Virus record (IMG/VR): IMGVR_UViG_3300023199_000016
Location: 1 to 59,811 of that record
Source of the DNA: a virus
Lineage: Duplodnaviria; Caudoviricetes
Reading direction: 5' to 3' (one strand)
DNA: 59,811 nt
The notes under the pieces were generated by a model, which was not told the origin of the DNA, searched no databases, and saw only the letters and a list, made by a program, of their open reading frames with translations. Positions 9,173-18,837 of this stretch are shown here, piece by piece. How positions within the stretch are numbered: position 1 is the stretch's first letter; each line of letters starts with the position of its first letter. Position numbers and translations under genes: made by a program.

Positions 9173-9655
9173 CTACTCTTTGCGTTTGGGCAGCACTTCC
9201 TGCACACGAATCTCGAACACCGGCTCCGATCGGTTACGATCTTCTGACCAAGAGCTGCTTTGGTCGAATGACACGATATATCGCCGATCGTTCTGCACTA
9301 CGGTCCACGTCCGACCGAAGTAGCCCGACATGCGATCGTCATAGTACATATCCCTTACTTTGAGGACCGTACGTGCGCCTTCCAGCACGAGGCTGTCCAG
9401 CGGCGACCAATCTACCGTCTTCGACTGGCCGACCTCATCTGGGTCATTCTGGAGCTCGATTGACCGGCCCTCAGAGGTCGTCGTCACGGCCCCGGTTCGT
9501 TCGGTCGTTTCGGTCGCTTCGTCGATCGGTTGCATCACGAGACCGGACCGAATCAGTGACGTGCCCGTCGCATTGCACCCGACGTTCAACATTGCACCGA
9601 TCAATCCGACCAACACCAGCATCACAATACGTTTCACGTTGCGCCTTCCTTTCAT
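9173..9655 (-). CDS. putative lipoprotein
   Basis: KRIVMLVLVGLIGAMLNVGC signal/lipobox; start may be the GTG several codons downstream. Confidence 0.55.
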   Translation of the reverse strand: MKGRRNVKRIVMLVLVGLIGAMLNVGCNATGTSLIRSGLVMQPIDEATETTERTGAVTTTSEGRSIELQNDPDEVGQSKTVDWSPLDSLVLEGARTVLKVRDMYYDDRMSGYFGRTWTVVQNDRRYIVSFDQSSSWSEDRNRSEPVFEIRVQEVLPKRKE

Positions 9656-9677
9656 TGAGGTTCATTCAATCGAAACG

Positions 9678-9712
9678 AATAGAAACGACGAGCGAGGCCA
9701 GGAGCGCTCGCC
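9678..9712 (-). terminator. intrinsic terminator
   Basis: GGCGAGCG-loop-CGCTCGTC followed by GTTTCTATT, after the dehydrogenase gene. Confidence 0.5.
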
Positions 9713-9749
9713 CGCCGTGCAAGAAGAGGCCAGAGACGGCCCCGAAAGA

Positions 9750-11069
9750 TCAATCGGTTGGGAACAACAAAATGCACCGCACGTTCATGTCCCGCGGGTC
9801 AATGATGTTGTCATGAATCGTCTTGACGATGTCGCTCTCTTCACCCACTGGCATATTGTAGATGATCGAACCCACGTCCTTCGTGCAAGCAGCGGACAAG
9901 TCGCCGTAGGCCGACTGCTCGAGCATCTCGAACACTTCGCCATCACCCTTTGCAATTTGTTCGGGTTTGCGCTTCTCGAAGATCGGGTCCCAGATGGCGA
10001 CCTTTCGACTGGGTCGCAATCGGTTCCACAACTCAAGGCACAATGAGTCTCGAAGTTCGTCGCTTCCCGGTCGCATCGCTGCACCAACAATGAGGACCGT
10101 TTCGTTCGCTTCGCATTCGAGAGCCTTGCGAACGATTTGCTCGATGTGCTCTTCACGTGAATCCCAACACGCTGCGATCAAATCCATGTCCTTGGCGAGA
10201 CGTCGTGCTGCACGTGCGTCCTTCGGCAAACACGCACCAGAATACGGTGGGCCCGGGTTCATGTGCGAGTGCGTAAGCAAGCGACCAAACGAGCCTTCAT
10301 CCATCGCGGTCGAAACGCATTCGCTTGGCGACACTCCTTCCCAATTACACAGCTCCGATTTGAGCAGGCTGTCCTCGATCACCTTCGCCCATTCGTTGAC
10401 GAAGCAAATCTTCGCGGTCATGAAAGAGTTGTGAATCATCTTCGCCCACTCGGCGACGACCCACGGTACGATATGCCGAGGAACCTTGCCACGATCGTTC
10501 AACACGACCGAATCAATTGTGCCCGACACCTCGAGCGTGTCCTCAATCGTCGCAGCACGTTGATGTCCAATGATGATCTTCGCTGGCATCATGGTGTCTT
10601 CGACGCCGAAGCCTGCACGCAGGAATACCGGATGATAGAACACGCGGCGGCTCAACCGACCCGCGTATCGTTCGAGGTACCCCGGGAAGAGCGTTGACAA
10701 GATCACAACCGGACAGTCGGGAGTGCTTCCGTCAAGAGCACCAACTTGAGTAAGCACTCGTTCAAGCACGTCATAGTTTGCTTCACCCGCGGCGGTCACG
10801 GGCGTCTGCACGCCGATGAAGATGCAGTCAGGAGCAATCGGATCGTTTGGGTCCGGTTCGGTACGTGCTTCAAACCGATTCGCCGCAAGCAATTGTTGAA
10901 GCATTGCATCGCCCGTTCGTTCAACGTGCGGTACGTGTCCTTCGTTCATCTGCTTGACCTTATATCGGTCAATGTCGATGCCCGTCACGCGGTGATGATT
11001 GGCAAGGGCCATCGCGAATGCGGCACCCATGTTGCCAAGTCCATAGACATGAATGTTCTTGAGACTCAT
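9750..11069 (-). CDS. UDP-glucose/GDP-mannose 6-dehydrogenase family (AlgD-like)
   Basis: GLGNMG Rossmann motif, IGVQTP, STLFPG, PVFLRAG, AKMIHNSFMTAKICFVNE, catalytic YSGACLPKD, GSDELRDS. Confidence 0.85.
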   Translation of the reverse strand: MSLKNIHVYGLGNMGAAFAMALANHHRVTGIDIDRYKVKQMNEGHVPHVERTGDAMLQQLLAANRFEARTEPDPNDPIAPDCIFIGVQTPVTAAGEANYDVLERVLTQVGALDGSTPDCPVVILSTLFPGYLERYAGRLSRRVFYHPVFLRAGFGVEDTMMPAKIIIGHQRAATIEDTLEVSGTIDSVVLNDRGKVPRHIVPWVVAEWAKMIHNSFMTAKICFVNEWAKVIEDSLLKSELCNWEGVSPSECVSTAMDEGSFGRLLTHSHMNPGPPYSGACLPKDARAARRLAKDMDLIAACWDSREEHIEQIVRKALECEANETVLIVGAAMRPGSDELRDSLCLELWNRLRPSRKVAIWDPIFEKRKPEQIAKGDGEVFEMLEQSAYGDLSAACTKDVGSIIYNMPVGEESDIVKTIHDNIIDPRDMNVRCILLFPTD

Positions 11070-11080
11070 TGAACGTTCCT

Positions 11081-11278
11081 TTACCTGTCTTTGGTTTGGT
11101 TTCGTCGGTCGCCTCTTACAAGTAAGACGACCGTAAAGATGACGGCGGCGCCTGTCCCATACGTGACTGCATTCGTTCGCCAGAACCAATCAAGCACCGT
11201 GCCGTCACCGGGCGCTTTGTTCAAGCAATACCAAACGAGACCTAAGAGTCCCAGCATAACGATTGCAGCCAGTCGCAT
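11081..11278 (-). CDS. small membrane protein
   Basis: Two hydrophobic segments; AAGGAG RBS. Confidence 0.55.
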   Translation of the reverse strand: MRLAAIVMLGLLGLVWYCLNKAPGDGTVLDWFWRTNAVTYGTGAAVIFTVVLLVRGDRRNQTKDR

Positions 11279-11281
11279 GAT

Positions 11282-12448
11282 TCACTCCTTTCCGATAATG
11301 ATCTCTTCCCACCACGCACGCAACGCGTCGAGCTCTTGATACATCTCACGCTCAGCGTACTCCGGTAGGTCAATGTTATCGTGCAACCGTTCGATAATGC
11401 GCATGTGGAGCTTCATGAGGTCGCACTTGCCACGTATCACGTCGGCCATTTCTTTGAGGTCGCGCATGATTGCATTCGCATGTGAATACAATCGAACCTC
11501 TTGCTTGAAGTCAGCCTTCAAGTCGTGCGGGTTCCGTTCTTGATGTACGATTGGCGTTGCGTATGCAATCGGACCGTTCATCATCGCCCGCACAACGTAC
11601 GATCGAAGAATGTCCGTTTCACGATGCGTACAACGGCACGGCATGTACATCAACGGGAAAGCATCATGATGCCACAACGTGCTTTGCGAGTTGAACGGTG
11701 CAAATTGATGCGGGCCCAACAAGAGTGGCGTGTTGAAGTATCGCCTGAACTCAAAGCCAGGCGGCATCATCAATCGTTGAAACGCATCGAGGTCCGGTTC
11801 GCCGTAGTGCAAGAACTGGAATATCAACACTCGTGCTTCATGCTGCTCAACACGCTCGTATGGCGGGCTGCATTCGTACAGCGGAACATTATGCGGGAAA
11901 CCGCGAGGCCAGTACTCAAGGCCGTGCTTCGCTGATGTCGCCCAGTATGTATTGGAATAGGCGTTTACCCAGCCCCTGTAGTCAGGGATGATGCGTGCAG
12001 AGCTGAATACATCAGCGGGTTGGTCTTCAATCGAATCACTGGGCGGCGGCGTCCAATAGCCTGGGCGTGTGTAACTTGAGATATTCGGAGGCCAGAATGA
12101 ATCGAACATCGGCTCATTGTCATCATCCGTTTCAAGAATCCAGTCTGCACGCTGTTGCATCGCGTACAGGTATGCGAAGTTCTTGCGACCGTAGTGACCG
12201 ACAGGTACACGTTCGTGCAACCTCGGCCACCGATTCTTCTGCTCAGCAAGTGAAAGATACTGAACGATCTTTCTTCCGGCTTCCGCGTTGTAGTGGTCCA
12301 TGAACGCATACCACTCATCATCGGGCGTTCGTTCATCGCCCGCAACGACAAGAGCGTAGTCATCGTCCCGAAACATTCCGATCTTCGCCCACTTGTGCAT
12401 TGCTTTCGTGGGCGCATTGATTGTTGTGACGCATACGATCAGTAGCAT
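11282..12448 (-). CDS. STELLO/DUF288 (GT75/RGP-related) protein; glycosyltransferase or NDP-sugar mutase
   Basis: VTTINAPT, VAGDERTP, GRKNFAYLYA, ETDDDN, WPRGFP, PDLDA, PFNSQSTLW, TDILRSY, QERNPHDL..DF..E. Confidence 0.8.
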   Translation of the reverse strand: MLLIVCVTTINAPTKAMHKWAKIGMFRDDDYALVVAGDERTPDDEWYAFMDHYNAEAGRKIVQYLSLAEQKNRWPRLHERVPVGHYGRKNFAYLYAMQQRADWILETDDDNEPMFDSFWPPNISSYTRPGYWTPPPSDSIEDQPADVFSSARIIPDYRGWVNAYSNTYWATSAKHGLEYWPRGFPHNVPLYECSPPYERVEQHEARVLIFQFLHYGEPDLDAFQRLMMPPGFEFRRYFNTPLLLGPHQFAPFNSQSTLWHHDAFPLMYMPCRCTHRETDILRSYVVRAMMNGPIAYATPIVHQERNPHDLKADFKQEVRLYSHANAIMRDLKEMADVIRGKCDLMKLHMRIIERLHDNIDLPEYAEREMYQELDALRAWWEEIIIGKE

Positions 12449-13683
12449 TTGACGTATCCTCCGAACTTCTGAACCCACGATAACGTATCGGGGTTTATGC
12501 CGGCATCCAATTCATGGATGCATTCGTGTAACAACGATAGGTTGGGTTCTGTCTTAGCGAGCACCTCCTCAATGAGTGTCAAGTAGTTTGCATTGGCGTA
12601 TTGAATCGCACGTGCCATATCGTTCTCGCACGTCGGATCAATTCGACACGGATGATTGAGCGGTAGCACCCGTTCGCGTGCGTCATACGTATGAATGTGG
12701 TTGGTATTGAACCGACCAAAGAAGAGCGGAACGTTCTTCGCAAGCGCGTGCAGTCGCACCTTCGTTGTATTGAATCCTTTCTTCTGCGGAATGCATGGAC
12801 CGGCGATGCCAGAACCAAGATGCTTCATGACGTCCTTGAAGTCCTTCAACACGCCAAGGAATACGTCAGGATACTCAACCCACAACGCGTGCTTATCCCA
12901 GCCCTTGCCACATATGCGTGTGTTGTCCGCTTCACCGGATTGAAGCCAAGGCAATAGAATATCGTCCCACGTCTCTGCACGATCACCTTTCAAGCGAGGC
13001 TCGCCGATGTGCGTGTTGGCTGCGAGTGTCACCGTGTACTTCTTCAACGTATCGGGCGCCTCCAGTCGTTGCATCCCGTACGTCGCCCAGTATTCGCAAC
13101 CGGCATATACGGCACGAATCTTGAAGCTCTTGCCTTGAATCCGTTTGGGAAAGATGTCGTCTTCCTGCGAGAGTACAGCAATCGGTCGAATGTTCGGCCA
13201 TATCGTTGCCATCTCCGAATCACGAACATACACCTTGGGATCAGTAACGATCAAGATACGTTTCAAGTCGAGCTTGTGCATTGCATATAAGCCCGGTGCG
13301 TTGTACCGAACACAGAAGTCACGTGTGCTTGCGAACGTTGGATTGTCGGGCCACGACCATGTAGGCGTAGCACCAGACACATTGACACAGCAGCAGGCGT
13401 CGAATTCACGTGCCGCTTCGACCATAGGCGACCAACGTTCTTCAAGTTCTGCACCGCTGATCTCTGCATCAACGTCCGTCAAGTCGGGCACGAACAATTC
13501 AACATCGTCACGTAAGTATTCACCTCCGATCGTATGCCCAAGATAGGCGATGTCATATTGACCGGAATCGGCCAATGCATTGATGATGCCCATCGTATCG
13601 AACTCAGCATTGGCACTCAAGCCTTTGCCTTCCGGTCGAAACGGCGAGCCCGTTCTTGCGACAATGATTCGTGGTTTGGACAT
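12439..13683 (-). CDS. GT-B DNA glycosyltransferase related to T4 beta-glucosyltransferase / phage arabinosyltransferases
   Basis: Colinear with T4 BGT motifs: ILIVTDPK (YYLFTDIR), IAVLSQ (IKVISQ), VYAGCEYW (EYFPIEQY), NTTKVRLHALAKNVPLF...YD (ITLRVWETMASDAVML..FD). Confidence 0.6.
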   Translation of the reverse strand: MSKPRIIVARTGSPFRPEGKGLSANAEFDTMGIINALADSGQYDIAYLGHTIGGEYLRDDVELFVPDLTDVDAEISGAELEERWSPMVEAAREFDACCCVNVSGATPTWSWPDNPTFASTRDFCVRYNAPGLYAMHKLDLKRILIVTDPKVYVRDSEMATIWPNIRPIAVLSQEDDIFPKRIQGKSFKIRAVYAGCEYWATYGMQRLEAPDTLKKYTVTLAANTHIGEPRLKGDRAETWDDILLPWLQSGEADNTRICGKGWDKHALWVEYPDVFLGVLKDFKDVMKHLGSGIAGPCIPQKKGFNTTKVRLHALAKNVPLFFGRFNTNHIHTYDARERVLPLNHPCRIDPTCENDMARAIQYANANYLTLIEEVLAKTEPNLSLLHECIHELDAGINPDTLSWVQKFGGYVKCY

Positions 13684-13686
13684 GAC

Positions 13687-13869
13687 TCACCTTATCGTGC
13701 ATGAGATGATCGTGCCAAGAGCGCCCGCAAGCAGCACGATAATCGAAAGCCACACCGACACGGTCGCATAGTGCGTTTGACCGAAGCACCATGCGATGCC
13801 GGCAACCAGTAAGAACACCAGCATCATCAAGACGCTGGCAACAAAGGAGTGCCAATGATTCTCCTTCAC
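13687..13869 (-). CDS. small 2-TM membrane protein
   Basis: Hydrophobic 60 aa from GTG overlapping the upstream stop; GGAGG RBS. Confidence 0.55.
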   Translation of the reverse strand: MKENHWHSFVASVLMMLVFLLVAGIAWCFGQTHYATVSVWLSIIVLLAGALGTIISCTIR

Positions 13870-14414
13870 GACGTTACCTCCTGTCCGTTGTAGTCGAGTT
13901 CGAGAATGCCGCCGTGCTCCGACACGCAATGTTGAACCGCCTGTGCGAACGTGTCGAGAATCGAGTTGCCTTTCTCGTCCAACGGTTCAAACCGATGATG
14001 TTCCCACTTCTGAAGAATCCACGCAGCCGGCACGCCGTGCTGAAGCAGGTAAGAGAACTGCATTGCAATCATGTCGATCAATGCTTGCATGATGCTGCCC
14101 TCTTTACTGATTTTTATAAAGACCTCGCCCGGCTGTGCGTTCTCATAGAAGCCGACCGTCACGTAGCCTTCGTAAGAGCCATGCACGATCTTGTGCGTCT
14201 TGCTCGATCGTGTCGCTTCCAGTCGAATGCGTGGGTTGCCTCGAGGCTGCACGAGCGGTCGAATGGCGGGCGGATCGACGGGCGTCACCCAACGCATCAC
14301 GATCGCCCGGGCATGTTGCTCTGTCATCTCTTCAGTCGCGGGATTGTCCTTGCTCATTCCGATCAAGTCGCTCACAGCTTTGTCGATGTCAATCGTCGTT
14401 GTGTTCTTTGCCAT
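13866..14414 (-). CDS. stand-alone TSCPD domain (class II ribonucleotide reductase C-terminal-like)
   Basis: GYVTVGFYENAQPGEVFIKISKEGS...SYLLQHGVP...RFEP...SILD. Confidence 0.75.
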   Translation of the reverse strand: MAKNTTTIDIDKAVSDLIGMSKDNPATEEMTEQHARAIVMRWVTPVDPPAIRPLVQPRGNPRIRLEATRSSKTHKIVHGSYEGYVTVGFYENAQPGEVFIKISKEGSIMQALIDMIAMQFSYLLQHGVPAAWILQKWEHHRFEPLDEKGNSILDTFAQAVQHCVSEHGGILELDYNGQEVTS

Positions 14415-14871
14415 CTTGCTTTCCTTTGCTTGTTCGTTTGTCTAACAACTTCTGCATCTCATCATCGTGGTCGGTATACCGACACATAGGCACGTTGATG
14501 TTGGAACTCTCTAAGAACTTGATGTTCTGCTTATTGTCCTCCAGCATTGATGTGTAAGCAATAACTTCAACGTCCAAGCCTTCAACCAAGTCGATGAACA
14601 AACGGTATCGCTTGGCCCACGGCCTGAATCGTAACAGGTGGTGCGGAACACCAAAGCCCAGTCCACGTCCGGTTTCCCAAACGTCTGGGCTCTCGTGCAA
14701 GTTGAGCACGAAGTGAACGGGTTTCCTACGCCACAAAGAGATGTTGAATCGGTCGTCTTCCATCGAAATCATCTTCGGGTTTGGATCGATGCCCGTTGAT
14801 TCGACGATCACTCGACGAACGATCTCACGTGCGGTTTCGTAGGAAGCCCGGAATAGCAACATGTCAATCAC
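14389..14871 (-). CDS. hypothetical protein
   Basis: 160 aa, coupled to its neighbours. Confidence 0.55.
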   Translation of the reverse strand: MIDMLLFRASYETAREIVRRVIVESTGIDPNPKMISMEDDRFNISLWRRKPVHFVLNLHESPDVWETGRGLGFGVPHHLLRFRPWAKRYRLFIDLVEGLDVEVIAYTSMLEDNKQNIKFLESSNINVPMCRYTDHDDEMQKLLDKRTSKGKQDGKEHNDD

Positions 14872-16399
14872 CAGTCCCTTGTGCGTAGAACTTCAACGCA
14901 TCGAAGCCGTGACGTATCGAATACCGTGCGATGTTCTTACCACACAGTGCTGGGTTCCAATTGTGTCGATCTTGTTTCGACCACAATTCACTAAAGCCGT
15001 CAAGCGATGCGTATTCCGGTCCGCCTACAAGTTCGGCCACCTCTTGTAGGCGAACGGGCTTCCAGTCAGTTTGTAACTCCGAGTCGTACACGTTACGTTC
15101 AAACACAATCCCATCGCCGTTCATTGCACCATCACGATCACGAAACACCCCACGTTGTGCAACGAGCAGGTTCTTGATGATCTTCACATCACTGAACGTT
15201 TCGTGGATAAACATGATCGGCCAGTGCTCAGTGTCAGTCGCAACGATTGCATTGTGTACAGTGACAAGATCGTTCAAGCCAACCCAACCTTCTTGCTGGT
15301 GCCCGCCTTTACCGACGAAATGAATCCCTTCGCTGGCATAGAACAAGTTGCGTGCGACACGGCCTTCACGAACGTTACCAACCGATAAGCCCCACTCGCC
15401 GGCCTGTGACGGGTCCTCGATCTCGTCAGTATCAAAGAACACATTGCTGAAGACACGTCCAGTCACGCCGTCTTTCGTTGGCTTAGCGTCACCGAAGTAC
15501 ATGCCCCAATTGCATTGGGTTGCGTTTGCTTGAAAGACATTGAACGAAATGTCACCGCCGCACCTCGCTTGAAGTCCGGTTGAAGAACCGCGCATAAAGA
15601 TATTGCCTCGTGCAACCAGCCCAGTGCAATACGTTGTGATGTATCCGTTGTGGTTGAACTTCGTTCGGTCAGACTCTTCGTACCAACCGTTGTGATCGAA
15701 GCAGTTCTCTTCAAGCAATAGGCCGTCAACTTCGGTCACAAAGATGCCTTGTGCGTGCCCTCCTGTTGAGAAGTTACGATACACATAACATCGACGCACG
15801 GTGAGATTCGTAAAGCGTACCTCTCCTTCGTACTCGTGCCTGTACGGATCAACGACGATGTCACAATAGTCGAAGCGACATCCTTCGATTAAGAGATTCT
15901 CGCCCCACGATAAGCATCGCACTCCGTTGCCCTTCGATGTTTCGCTGATGAAGTGCAGATTGACAAGCGCGATGTTACTGGTGTTGTCCCCAGTGCTTGA
16001 CCAAATCTGCACGCCGTCATCATCGCCAATGTTGAAGATCGGTCGAGGGCCGTCACCATAACTGGTGAGAACGATCGGATGCTCGGGTAAACCCGACACG
16101 AGGTTGTATTGGTCGTTCTTGATTGCACCAAGCGGTTCATTCCAAACGTCGCCCGACTTGAATAGCACCCAGTCTCCAGCGTCATCACGAAGATCTAGCC
16201 TCGCCCGATCAAACGTCGCATACGGATTGTTGATTGAACCGTCATTTGAGTCGTTGCCTGTTGAAGAGCTGACGTAGATGAGTCGTGCGTCTTCGCTTGG
16301 CTTCAAATCGGTCCAACCATTGACGACTTCAAGTGCGTACACTGCTTGCACGGCAAGTGTAACCACAAGAAGTGCCGTCACCTTTCCAATTCGTTTCAT
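14864..16399 (-). CDS. secreted right-handed parallel beta-helix (pectin lyase-like) protein
   Basis: Signal peptide MKRIGKVTALLVVTLAVQAVYA; IYVSSSTGNDSNDG...VLFKSGDVW; repeated N-rich beta-helix rungs. Confidence 0.7.
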   Translation of the reverse strand: MKRIGKVTALLVVTLAVQAVYALEVVNGWTDLKPSEDARLIYVSSSTGNDSNDGSINNPYATFDRARLDLRDDAGDWVLFKSGDVWNEPLGAIKNDQYNLVSGLPEHPIVLTSYGDGPRPIFNIGDDDGVQIWSSTGDNTSNIALVNLHFISETSKGNGVRCLSWGENLLIEGCRFDYCDIVVDPYRHEYEGEVRFTNLTVRRCYVYRNFSTGGHAQGIFVTEVDGLLLEENCFDHNGWYEESDRTKFNHNGYITTYCTGLVARGNIFMRGSSTGLQARCGGDISFNVFQANATQCNWGMYFGDAKPTKDGVTGRVFSNVFFDTDEIEDPSQAGEWGLSVGNVREGRVARNLFYASEGIHFVGKGGHQQEGWVGLNDLVTVHNAIVATDTEHWPIMFIHETFSDVKIIKNLLVAQRGVFRDRDGAMNGDGIVFERNVYDSELQTDWKPVRLQEVAELVGGPEYASLDGFSELWSKQDRHNWNPALCGKNIARYSIRHGFDALKFYAQGTGD

Positions 16400-16446
16400 C
16401 TTGAATCCTTTCTTATTGCGTTCGTCCTGTGCGTTACGTCAATCAA

Positions 16447-17364
16447 TCAAACGCCGTTTACACGTCTCCTTTCAGCGTCGGTGAGTTGGTCAGTCGTGCA
16501 TTCTTTCGGTTCTTTCTCGTCGTCACGCCACCGACTGAAGCGAGGATGACGAAGTCGCCCGCCCGCACCGACGTATTGGTACTTCACTTCGCATACACGA
16601 CCAAGATCATCGTCTTCGTCAATCATATCACGCGTGTAGTCGTCCATCCCGCTGACGGATGCAATCTCAATTGCATCACCGTGGTCGTTGTATACGCCGA
16701 CAACGATTGCACCGGTATTGCCGAGGAACTTGCCCTCACCCGGCTTGAAGCCAAGCACAACACAGTCGATCGTTCGTGTAGGCTTCCACTTCCACCAGGT
16801 TCGCCAATTGTCGAACTTGAAGACTAAGCCCTCCGCTTTGTGTGCAAGCAACCACGACTCAATCGGATGCGGGTTCTGATTGAACTCGACAACGTGCTTG
16901 ATGTCGAATCGGTCGTGCTTGATTGTTGGTTGAATCAGGTTGATGGGGTTATCATCTGAAGTGCGTTCAAGTCCGCACTGTTCATACGCTTCCACAACGT
17001 CGTGCGCACGTAGGTCCTTATTCTTGAACATCGGCACAGCGAAGATCGTCCAACGAAGCTTATCCCATTGGTCGGGATCTTTCACGAACGTGATGACGTC
17101 CGACGCATCGTGATCGGGTACCCAAAGTTCGCCATCCAGTATTGTGCCCGGCTTCGCCCATTGGATCGCAGCTTGAACGTCCGGGTGTTCGTCAAGTCCG
17201 TACGATCGACACATCTCCAGGTGTGGCTCCAGTTTGCGTCCCCACAAACCAACGGAGCCGAGCGAATCGACTTCAAGCGTTGTGCGCCGTCCGTCGAACT
17301 TTGGTTGCATCCACATGAAGTGGTGCCCATCCCACTCCTTTGCTTTCGGTCGTTCGGTCAACAT
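16447..17364 (-). CDS. lig: ATP-dependent DNA ligase
   Basis: QPKFDGRR adenylation motif, LDGELW, EGLVFK, WKWKP, OB domain LRHPRF. Confidence 0.9.
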   Translation of the reverse strand: MLTERPKAKEWDGHHFMWMQPKFDGRRTTLEVDSLGSVGLWGRKLEPHLEMCRSYGLDEHPDVQAAIQWAKPGTILDGELWVPDHDASDVITFVKDPDQWDKLRWTIFAVPMFKNKDLRAHDVVEAYEQCGLERTSDDNPINLIQPTIKHDRFDIKHVVEFNQNPHPIESWLLAHKAEGLVFKFDNWRTWWKWKPTRTIDCVVLGFKPGEGKFLGNTGAIVVGVYNDHGDAIEIASVSGMDDYTRDMIDEDDDLGRVCEVKYQYVGAGGRLRHPRFSRWRDDEKEPKECTTDQLTDAERRRVNGV

Positions 17365-17370
17365 AATAGA

Positions 17371-18399
17371 CTACGCTCCTTTCACCATTGCATTGATCCA
17401 CTCAAACGTTTCTTCAAGCCCTTCACGAAGCGACCAAGCGGGCTCCCATCCAAGCTTATCACGAATCAATGCGTTGTGACTGTTTCTGCTCTGTACGCCT
17501 TGTGGTTTGGTCGTGTCATACGCTCGCACAAGGTTCGGCTTGCCCGCGATGTCTTGAATGATATCACACATTTCGTTGATCGTCACACACTCTTCAGAGC
17601 CGATGTTGACCGGACCGTGGAACGTTCTTGATCCCATCAAGCGAAGTACAGCATCGAGGCAGTCTTCAATGTACAAGAACGATCGACGTTGTTCACCGTC
17701 GCCCCAGACTTCAATCTCGCTCTTTCCGTTGACGCCCGCCTTTGCAATCTTACGGCACAATGCGGCGGGCGCCTTCTCTCGTCCTCCTTCATACGTTCCG
17801 AACGGACCAAAGATATTGTGGAAGCGTGCGATCTTGATCGTATAACCGAAGTCACGTGCGAACGCTTGACACAAACGTTCGCCCGTAAGCTTCTCCCAAC
17901 CGTAGTCGCTGTCAGGATCGGCGGGATACACAATGTCCTCAGGCAAAGAGACAACATCGTGGTGCGACTGAACTTCAGTGGGATACACGCAGGCCGACGA
18001 AGAGAACAACATCTTTGGTGCGAACTCCCAGTGGGCGGCTTGATAGCGCATCCAGTGTAAGACCGACAACGTGATGCTCAAGTTGTTGTGAAGGATCTCT
18101 GCATCGTGCCCTTGATCTTGAATGAATCCGATACCGCCCATGTCAGCAGCGAAGTGAAAGATGTGATCGTACGGACCGCGTTGCATCAATGCGTTGATCG
18201 TTTGATCTCGATTGCGAAGATCAACCGACAAGTACTTATCGCATATCTCTCGCGCATCAAACCAGTCAGGCTTGGGTTTGATGTCGATGACATCGACTTG
18301 ACTGAGTTGCTGCAAGGCGTGCAGCCGTCTTGCAAGATGTGAACCGATGAAACCCGCACCGCCTGTGATAAGAATCCTCTTCTTGCTTACCTTACTCAT
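17371..18399 (-). CDS. GDP-mannose 3',5'-epimerase (extended SDR)
   Basis: TGGAGFIGSH, AADMGGIGFIQ, SSACVYP (catalytic Cys), YGWEK, RFHNIFGPFGT, GGREKAPAA.CRK (catalytic Lys), WGDGEQ.RSF; near-colinear with plant GME. Confidence 0.88.
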   Translation of the reverse strand: MSKVSKKRILITGGAGFIGSHLARRLHALQQLSQVDVIDIKPKPDWFDAREICDKYLSVDLRNRDQTINALMQRGPYDHIFHFAADMGGIGFIQDQGHDAEILHNNLSITLSVLHWMRYQAAHWEFAPKMLFSSSACVYPTEVQSHHDVVSLPEDIVYPADPDSDYGWEKLTGERLCQAFARDFGYTIKIARFHNIFGPFGTYEGGREKAPAALCRKIAKAGVNGKSEIEVWGDGEQRRSFLYIEDCLDAVLRLMGSRTFHGPVNIGSEECVTINEMCDIIQDIAGKPNLVRAYDTTKPQGVQSRNSHNALIRDKLGWEPAWSLREGLEETFEWINAMVKGA

Positions 18400-18823
18400 T
18401 ATGAACTCCTCGGCCTAACGGCCAAATGTAGTCTTCAAAGAGCAGCACGTTCCAATTGAAATCTTCATAGTGCAAGCTCTTAGTACAGAGATTGCTTTGA
18501 TGCGCACGATGAAAAGCGCGGCAACCCAACCAGTCTGGCTTTGGAGACTCGGGCAAGAACCGCTGCCACCATAAGAAGCACTCGAGCATTGTATCTTCGT
18601 AACCACGAGCACGCCACTCATTGCATATCGCAATTGCATATCGGACCAACCATGACTCGTGTCCTTTCCACATGCGTGTACACTTGTGATTGGCATAACC
18701 GTAGCTTGGCACAAGGCAACCGAATAATACTTGCAAGCATTCGCTTCGTTGCTTGCCTAGTCGCCGTTGGTCTAAGCACCGTGCGCTTCGTTCAAAGCTT
18801 GGATACGGTAGAAACGTTTGCAC
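18392..18823 (-). CDS. pyrimidine dimer DNA glycosylase / endonuclease V-like (MSMEG_6728-type)
   Basis: MQTFLPY...LD..RLGKQR.E..Q...NH....MW.G...EW..RGY...P.WLG...H..HQSNL..K. Confidence 0.85.
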   Translation of the reverse strand: MQTFLPYPSFERSARCLDQRRLGKQRSECLQVLFGCLVPSYGYANHKCTRMWKGHESWLVRYAIAICNEWRARGYEDTMLECFLWWQRFLPESPKPDWLGCRAFHRAHQSNLCTKSLHYEDFNWNVLLFEDYIWPLGRGVHNE

Positions 18824-18837
18824 GTTACTTTCCTTTC

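Noticed and set aside
9750-11069. Calling the dehydrogenase an auxiliary alginate (algD) gene
   Set aside because: No other alginate genes are present, and its linkage to the GT75-like and BGT-like genes favours a phage glycosylation role; substrate is not established
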